Positions 28,648 through 39,079 of a DNA stretch of 64,000 bases are shown here, in pieces. Source of the stretch: an uncultured Ruminococcus sp. Its GTDB lineage: Bacteria > Bacillota > Clostridia > Lachnospirales > Lachnospiraceae. The DNA is taken from assembly GCA_964621905.1 (NCBI GenBank), contig CAZUNG010000003.1, forward strand, positions 216,366 to 280,365, read 5' to 3'. The notes under the pieces are model-generated. The model had not been told where the DNA came from. It searched no databases and saw only the letters and a program-made list of their open reading frames with translations. The number at the start of each line of letters is the position of its first letter. The stretch's first letter is position 1. A program made the position numbers and the translations under genes.

Positions 28648-29589
28648 ATGCAGAGGATACGCAAACTTTATGTGGAATTTCCCAAAATGGACGATACGGC
28701 GATATCTGTAGTCCCGTGTCTTGTAGACCGGCGGGTAGGTGCACACTGCCACACGTACTATGAATTTGTAGTCATTACAAAGGGATCCTGTATATTTGAT
28801 TATCGCGGGGCACAATCTCTGCTGATGCCGGGAGATGTATTTTTGATTGAACCGCATCAGGTGCACAGCTATGAGGTGCAGATGACAGCAACTATCATCA
28901 ATTGTCACTTTTTCCCGGAGCCGCTTGGCGCCGAGTGCAGCGAGACACTCAGCCATGCAACGATAAATACTCCTTATGCCAACGAGGATGTAAAACAACA
29001 GTGGGACGAGCTGCTTCGCTATGTAACACTGGGGGACTCGGTGATAGAGGAGGAAAGCAGACGTGTTGGAGTGAATGTACAGGGAGTGATACATTTAAAT
29101 ACGCAGGAAATGAAATATGTGGAACAGCTTCTGGATGGAATGATGGAGGAACAGGATAAAAAAGAGGAAGGGATCGAGTACGTAAAATCAGCTTATCTGC
29201 AGTTGATTTTAGTCTTTTTTAAGCGTGTCAAATCAAGACAACATGAGCAGATGCAGAATTATACAAGCCATAAGAAAAAGCTGATCTATCGTGCGATGAC
29301 TTATATAGAAGAACATCTGACCGAAAAAATAAATGTTTCACAGATCGCAGAGAGTGTTTATCTAAGCCCCAATTATTTCAGGACGACATTCAAAGATGTG
29401 ACGGGACTGTCGCCGATGGAATATCTGAATCGTATGCGTGTTGTGAAATCTCTGGAATATCTGGAAATGGAACAGATAAGTGTGGCGGAAGCGGCAGAGA
29501 AAGTTGGCATATACGATGCCAATTATTTTTCCAGAATGTTCAAGAAGGTCATGGGCTACTCTCCGCGTTATTTTAAAAAGATCAACTGA
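28648..29589 (+). CDS. AraC-family regulator (cupin + double HTH), paralog A
   Basis: HCHTYYEF cupin; LSPNYFRTTFK..TG, GIYDANYFSRMFKK..GYSP. Confidence 0.93.
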   Translation: MQRIRKLYVEFPKMDDTAISVVPCLVDRRVGAHCHTYYEFVVITKGSCIFDYRGAQSLLMPGDVFLIEPHQVHSYEVQMTATIINCHFFPEPLGAECSETLSHATINTPYANEDVKQQWDELLRYVTLGDSVIEEESRRVGVNVQGVIHLNTQEMKYVEQLLDGMMEEQDKKEEGIEYVKSAYLQLILVFFKRVKSRQHEQMQNYTSHKKKLIYRAMTYIEEHLTEKINVSQIAESVYLSPNYFRTTFKDVTGLSPMEYLNRMRVVKSLEYLEMEQISVAEAAEKVGIYDANYFSRMFKKVMGYSPRYFKKIN

Positions 29590-29707
29590 TGTTACCAATG
29601 ATTTATGCTAGTATGACTGTGCCGTGTGCTACCAGAATTTCAAATCTCCATGCTATACTGTAATCATCAAAAATGATGATTTGGCAGTCAGAAATAGCAG
29701 GAGGTTG

Positions 29708-30931
29708 ATGATGATGACGAATAAAGAGCGCGAATTTCGTACATTGAGCTTTTCAAATGAGGGACTTGACAGAGGCGCAAAACAGGAAACATTTGAACCG
29801 TGGGATCTGACGGTTTCGGATTGGGAAAAAGAAGGGCTGACAACAGATTTTAACAAAAAACTGAAGGTGCCGATTGTCCCCACAGAGGTCGGCTATATCA
29901 AAAAAGATGAGCCCGTTGAATGGGTTGACCATTATTATATGACAATGCTTGCAGATCCGATTTTTGATCTGGAAAAAACGCTGGGGTATGACCCGGTACT
30001 TCGTATGGCTTTTCGAATTCCATTTCTCAGTTATGATGAGGAAATGATGGAGGATACGGATGAGTATACGGTAAAAAGAGATATTGACGGCTGGATCAGA
30101 AAATATTATAAAGGACGTGATCTTTTTACTGCCGTTCAGCCGGTGGTTTCTGATGAGGAATCCTGGGAACGCCACAAAGACCATACGTTAAAGGCTTATA
30201 AAAAATACTGTACAGATGAAGCGATGCATGCCGCATATGATAAGTATCATGCGATCAGCGAGAGCGGGGAATATCCGATTCGCTTTCGGCTGATGGGATT
30301 TTTCTGGAGTATCCGTGATCTGATGGACAACGAACCGATGCTGTATGCATGGTATGATTACCCGGAAATGATTGAGGACATTCATAGATTTCAGCTGAAT
30401 CTTTATAAAGAACAGATGGATAAGATATTAAAAATTGTGAAGCCTGAAGTACTGTTTTTTGAAGAAGATTTAAGTGGAAAGAATGGTCCGATGATCTCCC
30501 CGGATACCTTTGATGAGTTTTTAAGGCCGTGTTATGAAGAGATCATTCCATTTCTCAGAGAACGCGGAGTGCAGAATATATTCGTGGACACGGACGGCGA
30601 CTTTACAAAGCTGATTCCGAATTTTACATCATCGGGTGTCGATGGTTTTTTGCCGGTGGACGTGAATGCCGGTGTTGATATCGTGGATGTAAGAAGACGT
30701 TTTCCGGATGTTAAATTTATTGGAGGATTCAATAAACTGGAAATCCTGAAAGGTCCGGAGGCAATAGACCGCGAATTCAAGCGCCTGGAACCTGTGATCC
30801 GGCAGGGAGGCTATCTGTGCGGGATCGATCATCAGGCGGCTCCGGGCACTCCCTATGCATACTATCAGTATTATATAAAACGGCTGGGTGAAGTCATGGC
30901 GGCCTGCCGCGGAGAACACATCACGAAATAA
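29708..30931 (+). CDS. Uroporphyrinogen decarboxylase/MtaA-fold protein 1
   Basis: EDLSGKNGPMISP, VDTDGD, G.DGFLPVDVNAGVD, FIGGFNK, GGYLCGIDH; GGAGG RBS before ATG 29708. Confidence 0.8.
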   Translation: MMMTNKEREFRTLSFSNEGLDRGAKQETFEPWDLTVSDWEKEGLTTDFNKKLKVPIVPTEVGYIKKDEPVEWVDHYYMTMLADPIFDLEKTLGYDPVLRMAFRIPFLSYDEEMMEDTDEYTVKRDIDGWIRKYYKGRDLFTAVQPVVSDEESWERHKDHTLKAYKKYCTDEAMHAAYDKYHAISESGEYPIRFRLMGFFWSIRDLMDNEPMLYAWYDYPEMIEDIHRFQLNLYKEQMDKILKIVKPEVLFFEEDLSGKNGPMISPDTFDEFLRPCYEEIIPFLRERGVQNIFVDTDGDFTKLIPNFTSSGVDGFLPVDVNAGVDIVDVRRRFPDVKFIGGFNKLEILKGPEAIDREFKRLEPVIRQGGYLCGIDHQAAPGTPYAYYQYYIKRLGEVMAACRGEHITK

Positions 30932-30966
30932 GCCTGCAATACTCTCTTTTCATAATGTTATAAATC

Positions 30967-31016
30967 AAAACACGGGGACTGTAAAATGAGAAATCATTTT
31001 GCGGTCCCTGTGTTTT
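30967..31016 (+). terminator. Long hairpin terminator with GAAA loop
   Basis: AAAACACGGGGACTGTAAAATGA-GAAA-TCATTTTGCGGTCCCTGTGTTTT. Confidence 0.8.
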
Positions 31017-31071
31017 CTTATGTTATAACTGGAATATGGGTAATGAAAAGCGAAAATCTCTTATGTACAAT
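31008..31071 (+). promoter_or_regulatory. 41-bp shared motif copy 1 with promoter (sulfatase 1)
   Basis: CTGTGTTTTCTTATGTTATAACTGGAATATGGGTAATGAAA-17-TACAAT. Confidence 0.75.
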
Positions 31072-31152
31072 CTAATTATAGAATGCAGTCCTAATGCATC
31101 AGGGGTCAAAAAGATCTTTTGACGCCAACATTATCACAATATGGAGGTACAT

Positions 31153-32487
31153 ATGGAAACAAAAAAAGCAAATATTCTGTTTTTCTTTACGGATCAGCAG
31201 CGCTGGGACACTTGTGGATGTATGAATCCAAACCTGGATCTGACACCGAATCTGGACCAACTGGCAAAAGACGGGGCGTGTTTTAGAAAAGCGTATACGT
31301 GTCAGCCCGTCTGCGGACCGGCGCGTGCCTGCCTTCAGTCTGGAATGTATGCCACGGAGACTGGAAATTTTCACAACCTGCGCAGACTGGAACCGAATTC
31401 CTGCACACCACTTGCTGAATATCTGAACAGAGCCGGATACAAAACGGGGTACGTCGGCAAACTTCATCTGGCACAAACGACAGACGGACCGGTGCCGCCC
31501 GAATTACACTATGGATATAAGGACTACTGGCGTGCGATGGATGTTGTAGAATGGGGTTCCCTGCCGTATGAGGGCGGGCTGTATGACGAAAACGGAACAT
31601 TAGTCCCTTATAAAAACCAGTATCGGGTAGATTTCACGACAGATTTGCTGCTGGAATTCCTGGAACAGCAAAAAGATTCTGATGATCCGTTTTTTACCAT
31701 GATGTCATTGATCGAACCGCATCACCAGAACTGCATGTACCGGTATGTGGCGCCGGACGGATATGCAGATAAGTATCGGGATGCATGGGTTCCCGGGGAT
31801 CTGGCCGTACGTCGGGGAGAGGGGGACTGGGAAAAGAATCTTCCGGACTATTATGGCATGATTCGCAGGATTGATGAAAATCTTGGGCGTGTGGTGGAGG
31901 CTCTGAAGAAAAATGGTCAGTATGAAAATACATATCTCATATTCAGCAGCGATCACGGCAGTCATTTCCGGACAAGAAACAGTGAATACAAGCGGGCGTG
32001 CCATGATGCGTGTACGCATATTCCTATGGTGATTCATGGACCAGGCGTAAAGCCCGGGTATCAGGAACATGAAAAACTTGCGAGTCTGATTGACATACCG
32101 GCTACGATTCTGGATATGGCGGGGGTGGAAAAACCCCGGCATTATCGTGGAAGATCGCTTCTTCCTCTGATGAAAGGGGAAGATGTTGAGTGGAGAGAGG
32201 AGGTATTTATCCAGATATCAGAATCACAGGTGGGGCGGGCAGTCTGCGACGGGAAATATAAATACTCTGTTTCTGCCCCCGGGCTTGACGGATTTGCAGT
32301 GTGTGCGGCAGATTTGTACCGGGAAGAGTTTTTGTATGATCTGGAAGCGGATCCGGATGAAAATGTGAATCTGGTAACGGATGCAGATTACGAAGAGGTG
32401 AGAAAGAAACTACGAAGAACCTTGCTTAAATATATAGAGGAAGTGGAACATTATACGCCGGATATTCTTCCGGCTGAACACAGGTAA
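31153..32487 (+). CDS. Cytoplasmic formylglycine-dependent (Cys-type) sulfatase 1
   Basis: FFTDQQR, CQPVCGPARACLQSG (CxPxR), YVGKLHL, FSSDHG; no signal peptide. Confidence 0.9.
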   Translation: METKKANILFFFTDQQRWDTCGCMNPNLDLTPNLDQLAKDGACFRKAYTCQPVCGPARACLQSGMYATETGNFHNLRRLEPNSCTPLAEYLNRAGYKTGYVGKLHLAQTTDGPVPPELHYGYKDYWRAMDVVEWGSLPYEGGLYDENGTLVPYKNQYRVDFTTDLLLEFLEQQKDSDDPFFTMMSLIEPHHQNCMYRYVAPDGYADKYRDAWVPGDLAVRRGEGDWEKNLPDYYGMIRRIDENLGRVVEALKKNGQYENTYLIFSSDHGSHFRTRNSEYKRACHDACTHIPMVIHGPGVKPGYQEHEKLASLIDIPATILDMAGVEKPRHYRGRSLLPLMKGEDVEWREEVFIQISESQVGRAVCDGKYKYSVSAPGLDGFAVCAADLYREEFLYDLEADPDENVNLVTDADYEEVRKKLRRTLLKYIEEVEHYTPDILPAEHR

Positions 32488-32649
32488 CGGCTGAAACAGT
32501 ACAGTGGAGGAGAAGTCTTTTGCTGTGCTGTTTTTATGACTTTCTTACAAAGAAATCCTGTAATAACAGATGAATCGTGCGTATTCTGACAGGGATCTGT
32601 GTGAAATAACGGTGACTATTGTGTGTTTTGCTGTAAAAAAGCAAACAAT

Positions 32650-32713
32650 CTGTATTTTCTTATGTTATATCTGGATTCTGAATAGTGAAAACCAAAGAAT
32701 ATTCACGTAATAT
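32650..32713 (+). promoter_or_regulatory. 41-bp shared motif copy 2 with promoter (sulfatase 2)
   Basis: CTGTATTTTCTTATGTTATATCTGGATTCTGAATAGTGAAA-17-TAATAT. Confidence 0.8.
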
Positions 32714-32767
32714 ATAACTATGTTGTAAAACAGAACGGCAAGAAGAGGGAGGTGTAAGAAAGGCCGG

Positions 32768-34291
32768 ATGAAGACAGTATTTATTTTATGTGATACCGTA
32801 AACCGCCGGATGCTGGATCTCTATAACAGCAGCCGGGAAGAGACGGCACTGATGCCGAATCTAAACCGCCTGGCAAAAAGAGGGATGGTTTTTGACAATC
32901 ACTGGTGCGGCAGTGCGCCCTGCATGCCTGCACGCAAGGACATCATGACGGGGCGTCTGAATTTTCTGGAAAAGCCGTGGGGGGCGATTGAACCTTATGA
33001 ACAGACATTACAGACGGTATTGGCTGAGAAAAATGTGCATACAATGATGTTCAGTGACCATTCTCACTATGTGATTCCGGGAGGTGAGAATTATACAAAG
33101 GGTTTTACCGCATGGGAAGTGTTCAGAGGTCAGGAAGGAGATCCCTGGTGTGTGACTCCCGACAAGGGGGGGATAAAAAAGGATGTCAGGCCAAGTGACT
33201 TCAAGGGTGAGTATTCGGTGTCAGAAGAAGCAAATCGCCGAAGATTAAAAACGGAGGACGATTACCCGAGTGTAAAAACATTGAGCAGTGCTGCGAGATG
33301 GCTGGAAGAAAATCATAACGCAGACAACTTTATGCTGTGGGCGGAGGCGTTCGATCCGCATGAGCCATATGATGTTCCGGAAAAATATCTGGATCTCTAT
33401 GAAAAAGATTATACCGGTTTTGACGCAAAACACCCGGATTATCAGCCAAATATTTTCACGGAGGAGGAGACTAAGCATCTAAAGAACCGCTGCAGGGCAT
33501 TGATGACCATGACGGATACCCATATTGGTGAGATTCTGGACGTACTGGATGCGCACGATATGTGGAAGGATACGATGGTGATATTTACGACGGACCATGG
33601 TTTCCATCTGGGAGAACACGGATATATGGCGAAGAACTATATGGCGCCGTACAATGAAGTGTTCCATATTCCGCTTATTGTCTGTGCACCTGGATGTAAG
33701 GCGGGGCGCAGTCAGGCGCTGACACAGAACATCGATGTGATGCCGACGGTGCTGGAATACTTTGGCGCGGATCGTAAACTGCATTATCCGCTGCACGGGA
33801 AAAGCCTGATGCCAATTCTTTCGGGGAAAGTAACGCAGATGAGAAGTGATACGATCTTTGGATATTTCGGAAAACAGGTTGGCTATACTGACGGGACTTA
33901 TGTGTATATCAAAGCCGCCAGAGATGACAGCAATCGGCCGCTGAATGTTTATACGGCTGTGCCCAGTATCCTGAGGCAGTATTTTGGAGCGGATGATGCA
34001 GTAAATGCAGAGGATTATGACAAAATTGAAATGGGAAGATTCTTATCCTGGACGAATTATCCGGTATATAAAATACCCGCGGATATTATTAACTTCAGAA
34101 ATCCATCGCAGGAATTCTCTTGCCGGTCCAGGTACAATCAGGAAAATCTTCTGTTTGATCTGACAGAGGATTACCATCAGGAACATCCTATTACGGATGA
34201 AAAACTGGAACGCAAATATCAGGAACAGTTGAAACGATGTATGCAGGAATATGATGCACCGGCAGAACAGTATGAACGTCTGGGTATTTAA
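32768..34291 (+). CDS. Cytoplasmic formylglycine-dependent (Cys-type) sulfatase 2
   Basis: ILCDT, PCMPARKDIMTG (CxPxR), FDPHEP, FTTDHGFHLGEHG, FHIPLIV; no signal peptide. Confidence 0.9.
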   Translation: MKTVFILCDTVNRRMLDLYNSSREETALMPNLNRLAKRGMVFDNHWCGSAPCMPARKDIMTGRLNFLEKPWGAIEPYEQTLQTVLAEKNVHTMMFSDHSHYVIPGGENYTKGFTAWEVFRGQEGDPWCVTPDKGGIKKDVRPSDFKGEYSVSEEANRRRLKTEDDYPSVKTLSSAARWLEENHNADNFMLWAEAFDPHEPYDVPEKYLDLYEKDYTGFDAKHPDYQPNIFTEEETKHLKNRCRALMTMTDTHIGEILDVLDAHDMWKDTMVIFTTDHGFHLGEHGYMAKNYMAPYNEVFHIPLIVCAPGCKAGRSQALTQNIDVMPTVLEYFGADRKLHYPLHGKSLMPILSGKVTQMRSDTIFGYFGKQVGYTDGTYVYIKAARDDSNRPLNVYTAVPSILRQYFGADDAVNAEDYDKIEMGRFLSWTNYPVYKIPADIINFRNPSQEFSCRSRYNQENLLFDLTEDYHQEHPITDEKLERKYQEQLKRCMQEYDAPAEQYERLGI

Positions 34292-34300
34292 TACCGCATC

Positions 34301-34314
34301 TGAATACGTATTCG
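34301..34314. promoter_or_regulatory. Candidate LacI-type operator
   Basis: Palindrome (T)GAATACGTATTC with central CG, 43 bp upstream of the LacI gene. Confidence 0.55.
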
Positions 34315-34356
34315 GTTATTACATCTGATCAAAATTTTAGGAAAGCGGGATATAAC

Positions 34357-35370
34357 ATGACATCCAGAGAGCTTGCGGTGTTGGCAGGAGTGTCGCAGTC
34401 TACAGTTTCCAGAGTGTTAAATAATTGCGAAAACGTTTCTGACAGAAAACGGCAGAAAGTGCTGGAGCTTGCCCGTATTTATAATTTTGAACTGGACGGC
34501 AATGCCAGAAGTCTGAAAACACAAAAATTGAACAGAGTTGGTGTTTTCTTATCCGATTATTTTGTCGGCTTTGACCAGAACCTGTTCTGGTCAAATATCT
34601 ACTCAAGGCTGCACACAGAACTGCAGAGCAGAGGGCTTACCGCACTTCCGGTATATGCATATAACAGTTCAACGAAGATAATGTTAAACCGTCTGATCGG
34701 ACAGAGGCAGATGGACAGAATTATTATGGTTGCCACGGACAAGTTTTATGACGAAGACAGCCTGCAGATCCTGTTTGAAAAGGAAATTCCTTTTGTCTGT
34801 ATCTATGACAGAGCGGATGATGATCATTACTATGAGAAAGAAGAGGTCAATATCATAGCGCTTGATTTTAAAGGTGCGGGACGGATTGCAGCTGAATTTC
34901 TGTATCAGCAGGGACATCGCCGGATCGCGCTGCAGGTCAATCCGAGGGACCGTTCCAACAACAGCAGATGCAGAGGGTTTCGCAGGGCACTGCCCCGGGA
35001 CTGTACGGTTCAGGAAGTCAGTACGGGTAAAGGGATCAGTTCCATTACCTTTGAGGGGGGATATGCGGCGGCAAAAGCCCATATCGACACCTTTCATGAA
35101 TGTACAGCTGTTCTTGCGGCGAATGACGCCGCGGCCATCGGGATGATTGCTGCTCTGCAGGAACATGGATTTGATGTGCCCGGTGATATCAGCGTCATCG
35201 GAATCAATGATATTCCGATGTGTAAATGGTGGCGGCCTCATCTGACAACCGTTGCATTTGATGTCCAGGAGATTATCGACCACACGATCGACTTGCTGAT
35301 CGAAAGACGGGAAGAGACAAGACAGATTATCATAACACCCAAACTGGTAGTCAGAGAGTCTGTAAAATGA
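34357..35370 (+). CDS. LacI-family transcriptional regulator
   Basis: LAGVSQSTVSRVLN HTH; NDAAAIG, VPGDISVIG, P.LTTV. Confidence 0.93.
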   Translation: MTSRELAVLAGVSQSTVSRVLNNCENVSDRKRQKVLELARIYNFELDGNARSLKTQKLNRVGVFLSDYFVGFDQNLFWSNIYSRLHTELQSRGLTALPVYAYNSSTKIMLNRLIGQRQMDRIIMVATDKFYDEDSLQILFEKEIPFVCIYDRADDDHYYEKEEVNIIALDFKGAGRIAAEFLYQQGHRRIALQVNPRDRSNNSRCRGFRRALPRDCTVQEVSTGKGISSITFEGGYAAAKAHIDTFHECTAVLAANDAAAIGMIAALQEHGFDVPGDISVIGINDIPMCKWWRPHLTTVAFDVQEIIDHTIDLLIERREETRQIIITPKLVVRESVK

Positions 35371-35446
35371 GCACGGGATGGCAGCAGATTTATAAAGCGA
35401 AGGCAGCTTTGTAAATAAAACGATATCATGCATAGGAGGATGACAA

Positions 35447-36592
35447 ATGAAAAGTATGAAAAAAGTAATCAGTTTATTGTTGGTTTTGACAATGGCAGCA
35501 GCATTGTGTGCATGCGGAGGGAAAAAGGAAGAGGCCAAAGAGGAAAGTAAGGATACCCAAGAGACAGAAGCGGCAGATACTTCTTCGGAAGACAAAAAAG
35601 ACGGGGAACTGGCGCCCAGTGGGGATACCGTCAACATTGCCGCGTTGATCAACACAGATGGGCTTGCTGTGTGGTATGCAGATAAAATGGGGTATTTTGA
35701 AGAACTGGGTTTAAAAACAAATATCACCTATTTTGTCAATGGAACACTGGAAAATGAAGCGTTGTCCGCAGGAGAAGCAGAGATCGGCTTTAACGGATTT
35801 GCGGGGGTGTATGCGCTGGCTACCGGAGATTATACAATGGTTGCAGACTGCGATGACGGAAAAGGGCTTGCTGTTTATGTAAATCCGGACTGTCCGGTGG
35901 TTGATGTACAGGGAGAGTACAGCAAAGAAAACCCGGATGTGTACGGTAATGCCGAGACGGCAGCGGGACTGAGCTTCGGTGTGACACTGGGAACCGTACA
36001 GCAGATCATGGTGGACTCTTATTATGCAAACCTTGGACAGAAAGATTACAATCTTGTGAGCATGGATGCAGCTTCCTGCTATAATGCACTGATCAGCGGA
36101 GAGGTTGACGGAGCGGCACTGACGATGAATTACTGTGCGGCAGCGGAAGCGGCAGGCATGGTATGTCTGGGTACCTACGAGGGAATCACCGGTGTCGGAA
36201 CCGGGTCAACGGTCATTGTTCCGAACGATTATATGGAGAGCAACCGCGATGATATTGTGCTGTCCTTGAAAGCAGTCTTTAAGGCGCTGGATGAAATTCA
36301 GAATGATGAACAGCTGGAATTTGATCAGGGCATGGAGTTCTTCAAAGAGATGGGAACGGAATACACAGAAGACGAAATGTGGACAGAAATCAATGTTCGT
36401 GATCTTTACTCCTATGAGAAGCTGAAAGATCTCAAATATGGAAATCATGTGGTATTCTCGGCGATTGAGCTGACCAAACTGGGGCTGCTGGACGAAGGCA
36501 GTGCAGAAACAGTAGCAAAGAGTATCAATAAAGACCTCATGGAAGAGGCTACGGGTGTTTCGATTACGGTTGAAATGCCGGAGGGATACTAA
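35447..36592 (+). CDS. ABC substrate-binding lipoprotein, TauA/SsuA/NMT1-like
   Basis: Lipobox LCACG; ADKMGYFEELGL, F.NG..ENEAL.AG; precedes Tau-type permeases and ATPases. Confidence 0.75.
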   Translation: MKSMKKVISLLLVLTMAAALCACGGKKEEAKEESKDTQETEAADTSSEDKKDGELAPSGDTVNIAALINTDGLAVWYADKMGYFEELGLKTNITYFVNGTLENEALSAGEAEIGFNGFAGVYALATGDYTMVADCDDGKGLAVYVNPDCPVVDVQGEYSKENPDVYGNAETAAGLSFGVTLGTVQQIMVDSYYANLGQKDYNLVSMDAASCYNALISGEVDGAALTMNYCAAAEAAGMVCLGTYEGITGVGTGSTVIVPNDYMESNRDDIVLSLKAVFKALDEIQNDEQLEFDQGMEFFKEMGTEYTEDEMWTEINVRDLYSYEKLKDLKYGNHVVFSAIELTKLGLLDEGSAETVAKSINKDLMEEATGVSITVEMPEGY

Positions 36593-36622
36593 ATACAAAA
36601 GCCGTACCGATAGGTAAGCATA

Positions 36623-36679
36623 AGCTGCCCCCTGTGCCAAAAGCAGGTATTTTGAAGCATTCAGGCACAGGGGGCAGCT
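36623..36679 (+). other. 16-bp perfect intra-operon stem-loop
   Basis: AGCTGCCCCCTGTGCC / GGCACAGGGGGCAGCT, no U-tract. Confidence 0.75.
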
Positions 36680-36717
36680 GTTGAAACAACGAACAGGTTA
36701 AGACGGGAGGGTTTAAT

Positions 36718-37521
36718 ATGCCTGCTGAAAAGGTTAAAAAGAAAAAAAAGAAACGGTCGTATCTCTGGCTGTCGGTCTTGTCGATGGTGCTGTTTTTCTT
36801 TATCTGGTGGCTGTTTACAGAGGGAAGTCTCGGCACGATTAAAGAAAATGTACTGCCCGGACCAATAAAAGTGCTGCGCACACTGATTGATAAATTTTCC
36901 AACAGGAATCCCGACGGCGCTACCATGCAGATGCATCTGTGGGCAAGTCTGAAGATTACGTTGATCGGATATCTTATAGGATGCCTGGTAGGGATACCGC
37001 TGGGGATATTTATGGGCTGGTATGAAAAAGCGGATATCTTTATTAATCCAATTTTTGATTTCATCCGGCCAATTCCGGGGATCGCATGGACACCGTTGTT
37101 CATTTTGCTGTTTGGTATCGGTATGCTTCCGAAAGTGATCGTTATCGCACTGGCAACTTTCGGCCCGGCACTGGTGAACACCTATACGGGAATTAAACAG
37201 ACGAAAGAAGTTCACATCTGGGTAGGACAGACGTTTGGGGCATCAAAATTCGAGATTCTGCGTAAAATTGCGATTCCATCATCGATTCCTTTTGTTTTGA
37301 CGGGAATGCGTGTCGGTCTCGGTGTTGCGTGGTCGACGATTATCGGAGCAGAGATGCTTGCGGCTACTGCAGGTCTTGGCTACCTGATTAATCTGTGCCG
37401 CGGAATTTATCGTCCGGATATTATTATTGCGGCGATGATCTGTGTTGGTCTGATCGGAGCGGCGCTTGGCTATCTGCTGACACTCCTGGAGCGTCATCTG
37501 ATGAAAGGGGGAAGATGGTAA
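36718..37521 (+). CDS. ABC permease, TauC/SsuC type
   Basis: IRPIPGIAWTPL, EAA-loop region, GMRVGLGVAWS.IIGAEML. Confidence 0.9.
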   Translation: MPAEKVKKKKKKRSYLWLSVLSMVLFFFIWWLFTEGSLGTIKENVLPGPIKVLRTLIDKFSNRNPDGATMQMHLWASLKITLIGYLIGCLVGIPLGIFMGWYEKADIFINPIFDFIRPIPGIAWTPLFILLFGIGMLPKVIVIALATFGPALVNTYTGIKQTKEVHIWVGQTFGASKFEILRKIAIPSSIPFVLTGMRVGLGVAWSTIIGAEMLAATAGLGYLINLCRGIYRPDIIIAAMICVGLIGAALGYLLTLLERHLMKGGRW

Positions 37522-38306
37522 TGACTTTGAGAAAAGCAAAATTTTGGCAGAAGCTGGGTGCCGGTGTGATATCATTTGCAGTTTTCATATTAATATGGCA
37601 GCTTGCAGCGATGAATCCCACTTTCAGCCAGGTAATGCCGGGCCCGTTTGATGTTCTGAAAAAGTTTTTTGAATCATTCGTAGAGCCAATCGGAAAAAAT
37701 GTCATGGTTTACCATGTTTTTATTACCTTGTCCAGGTGGGCGGTGGGATTTATTGCGGCGACGGTACTCGGCATTGCACTGGGGCTTGCGATGGGCTGGT
37801 ATCCGAAATTTGAGTCTTTTATGCGGCCCCTTTTTGAACTGGTTCGTCCGATCCCAACGCTTGCATGGATTCCGCTTGTGATTCTGTGGTGCGGTATCGG
37901 TGAGTTTGCAAAATATACACTGGTATTCATCGGTGCTTTTATGAGCATTGTCCAGAATGCTTATCACGGAGCAAAATCTGTCGACCGTTCGATTGTGGAT
38001 GCGGCACAGATGCTTGGATGTAATGACCGCCAGCTGTTTTTTACGATTGTAATCCCGGCCTCTGTACCGGCAATCTCGGCGGGCCTTCAGATTGGCGTCG
38101 CCTCGGCATGGTCGTCTGTTGTAGCGGCAGAACTGGTACGTTCGTCGAGCGGTATCGGATGGATTGTAGTGACGGGACAGCAGAATAATAACATGACGCA
38201 GATTCTGGTGGGAATCCTGGTTATTGCGGTGATCGGGCTGATATTGGCACTTTTGATAAGGAAAGTTGAGGATGTATTATGCAGATGGAACAAACGCGGA
38301 AGATAG
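37521..38306 (+). CDS. Second ABC permease, TauC/SsuC type
   Basis: VRPIPTLAWIPL, DAAQMLG, GLQIGVASAWSSVVAAEL; TAATG coupling with the previous gene (alternative start 37515). Confidence 0.9.
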   Translation: MTLRKAKFWQKLGAGVISFAVFILIWQLAAMNPTFSQVMPGPFDVLKKFFESFVEPIGKNVMVYHVFITLSRWAVGFIAATVLGIALGLAMGWYPKFESFMRPLFELVRPIPTLAWIPLVILWCGIGEFAKYTLVFIGAFMSIVQNAYHGAKSVDRSIVDAAQMLGCNDRQLFFTIVIPASVPAISAGLQIGVASAWSSVVAAELVRSSSGIGWIVVTGQQNNNMTQILVGILVIAVIGLILALLIRKVEDVLCRWNKRGR

Positions 38307-39064
38307 ATGAAAACTTTATCGAACTGAAACATGTAGAGAAAGAATTTGAGAAGGTCAAAGAAGGCGGCGTGTTTCAAGTTGTCGGTGATCTGAATATCAA
38401 TGTCAGGGAAAATGAGTTTCTGGTGCTGTTTGGTCCGGGCCAATGTGGAAAAACAACAATCCTGAATATGATCGCAGGGTTTCAGGAACCGACCGCAGGC
38501 ACACTTAAGATGAAAGGGAAAGAGATCCACGGACCGGACCCCTCCAGAGGGATGGTGTTTCAGAATCTTGCAATCTTTCCATGGCTGACTGTCATGGGAA
38601 ATGTGGAGTACGGTCTGCGGATGAAAGGCATTGATAAAAAGACACGTCGTGAGAGAGCACAGTATTACATAGACCTGGTAGGATTAAAGGGGTTTGAAAA
38701 CCATTATCCGGTCCAGATATCCGGAGGAATGAAACAACGTGTTGGGATTGCGAGGGCATACTGCAATGAACCCGATGTGATCTTAATGGATGAACCATTT
38801 GGCGCTCTTGATGCACAGACACGTTATCTGATGCAGGATGAGATCATCAGGATCTGGGAAGCGGAAAAGCGGACCGTCATCTTTGTCACCAACAATATTG
38901 AAGAAGCGGTCTACGTGGCAGACAGAATTATCGTGATCCGCAACTGTCCGACCAGTGTGAAGGCGGAGTATGAAATCAATCTGCCGAGACCGAGAAGTTA
39001 TATTGATCCTGAATTTTTGAAACTGCGCCGTGAGATTAACAGCGTTGTGGATCATACGCTTTAA
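38279..39064 (+). CDS. ABC ATPase 1 (TauB/SsuB type), degenerate Walker A and H-loop
   Basis: GPGQCGKT, ISGGM signature, LMDEPF, VTNN in place of VTH. Confidence 0.9.
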   Translation: MQMEQTRKIDENFIELKHVEKEFEKVKEGGVFQVVGDLNINVRENEFLVLFGPGQCGKTTILNMIAGFQEPTAGTLKMKGKEIHGPDPSRGMVFQNLAIFPWLTVMGNVEYGLRMKGIDKKTRRERAQYYIDLVGLKGFENHYPVQISGGMKQRVGIARAYCNEPDVILMDEPFGALDAQTRYLMQDEIIRIWEAEKRTVIFVTNNIEEAVYVADRIIVIRNCPTSVKAEYEINLPRPRSYIDPEFLKLRREINSVVDHTL

Positions 39065-39079
39065 AAACGGGAGGGAAAT

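Noticed and set aside
34684-35727. 347-aa antisense ORF spanning LacI and the binding-protein gene
   Set aside because: Mirror of two well-supported + strand genes, no recognisable domain.
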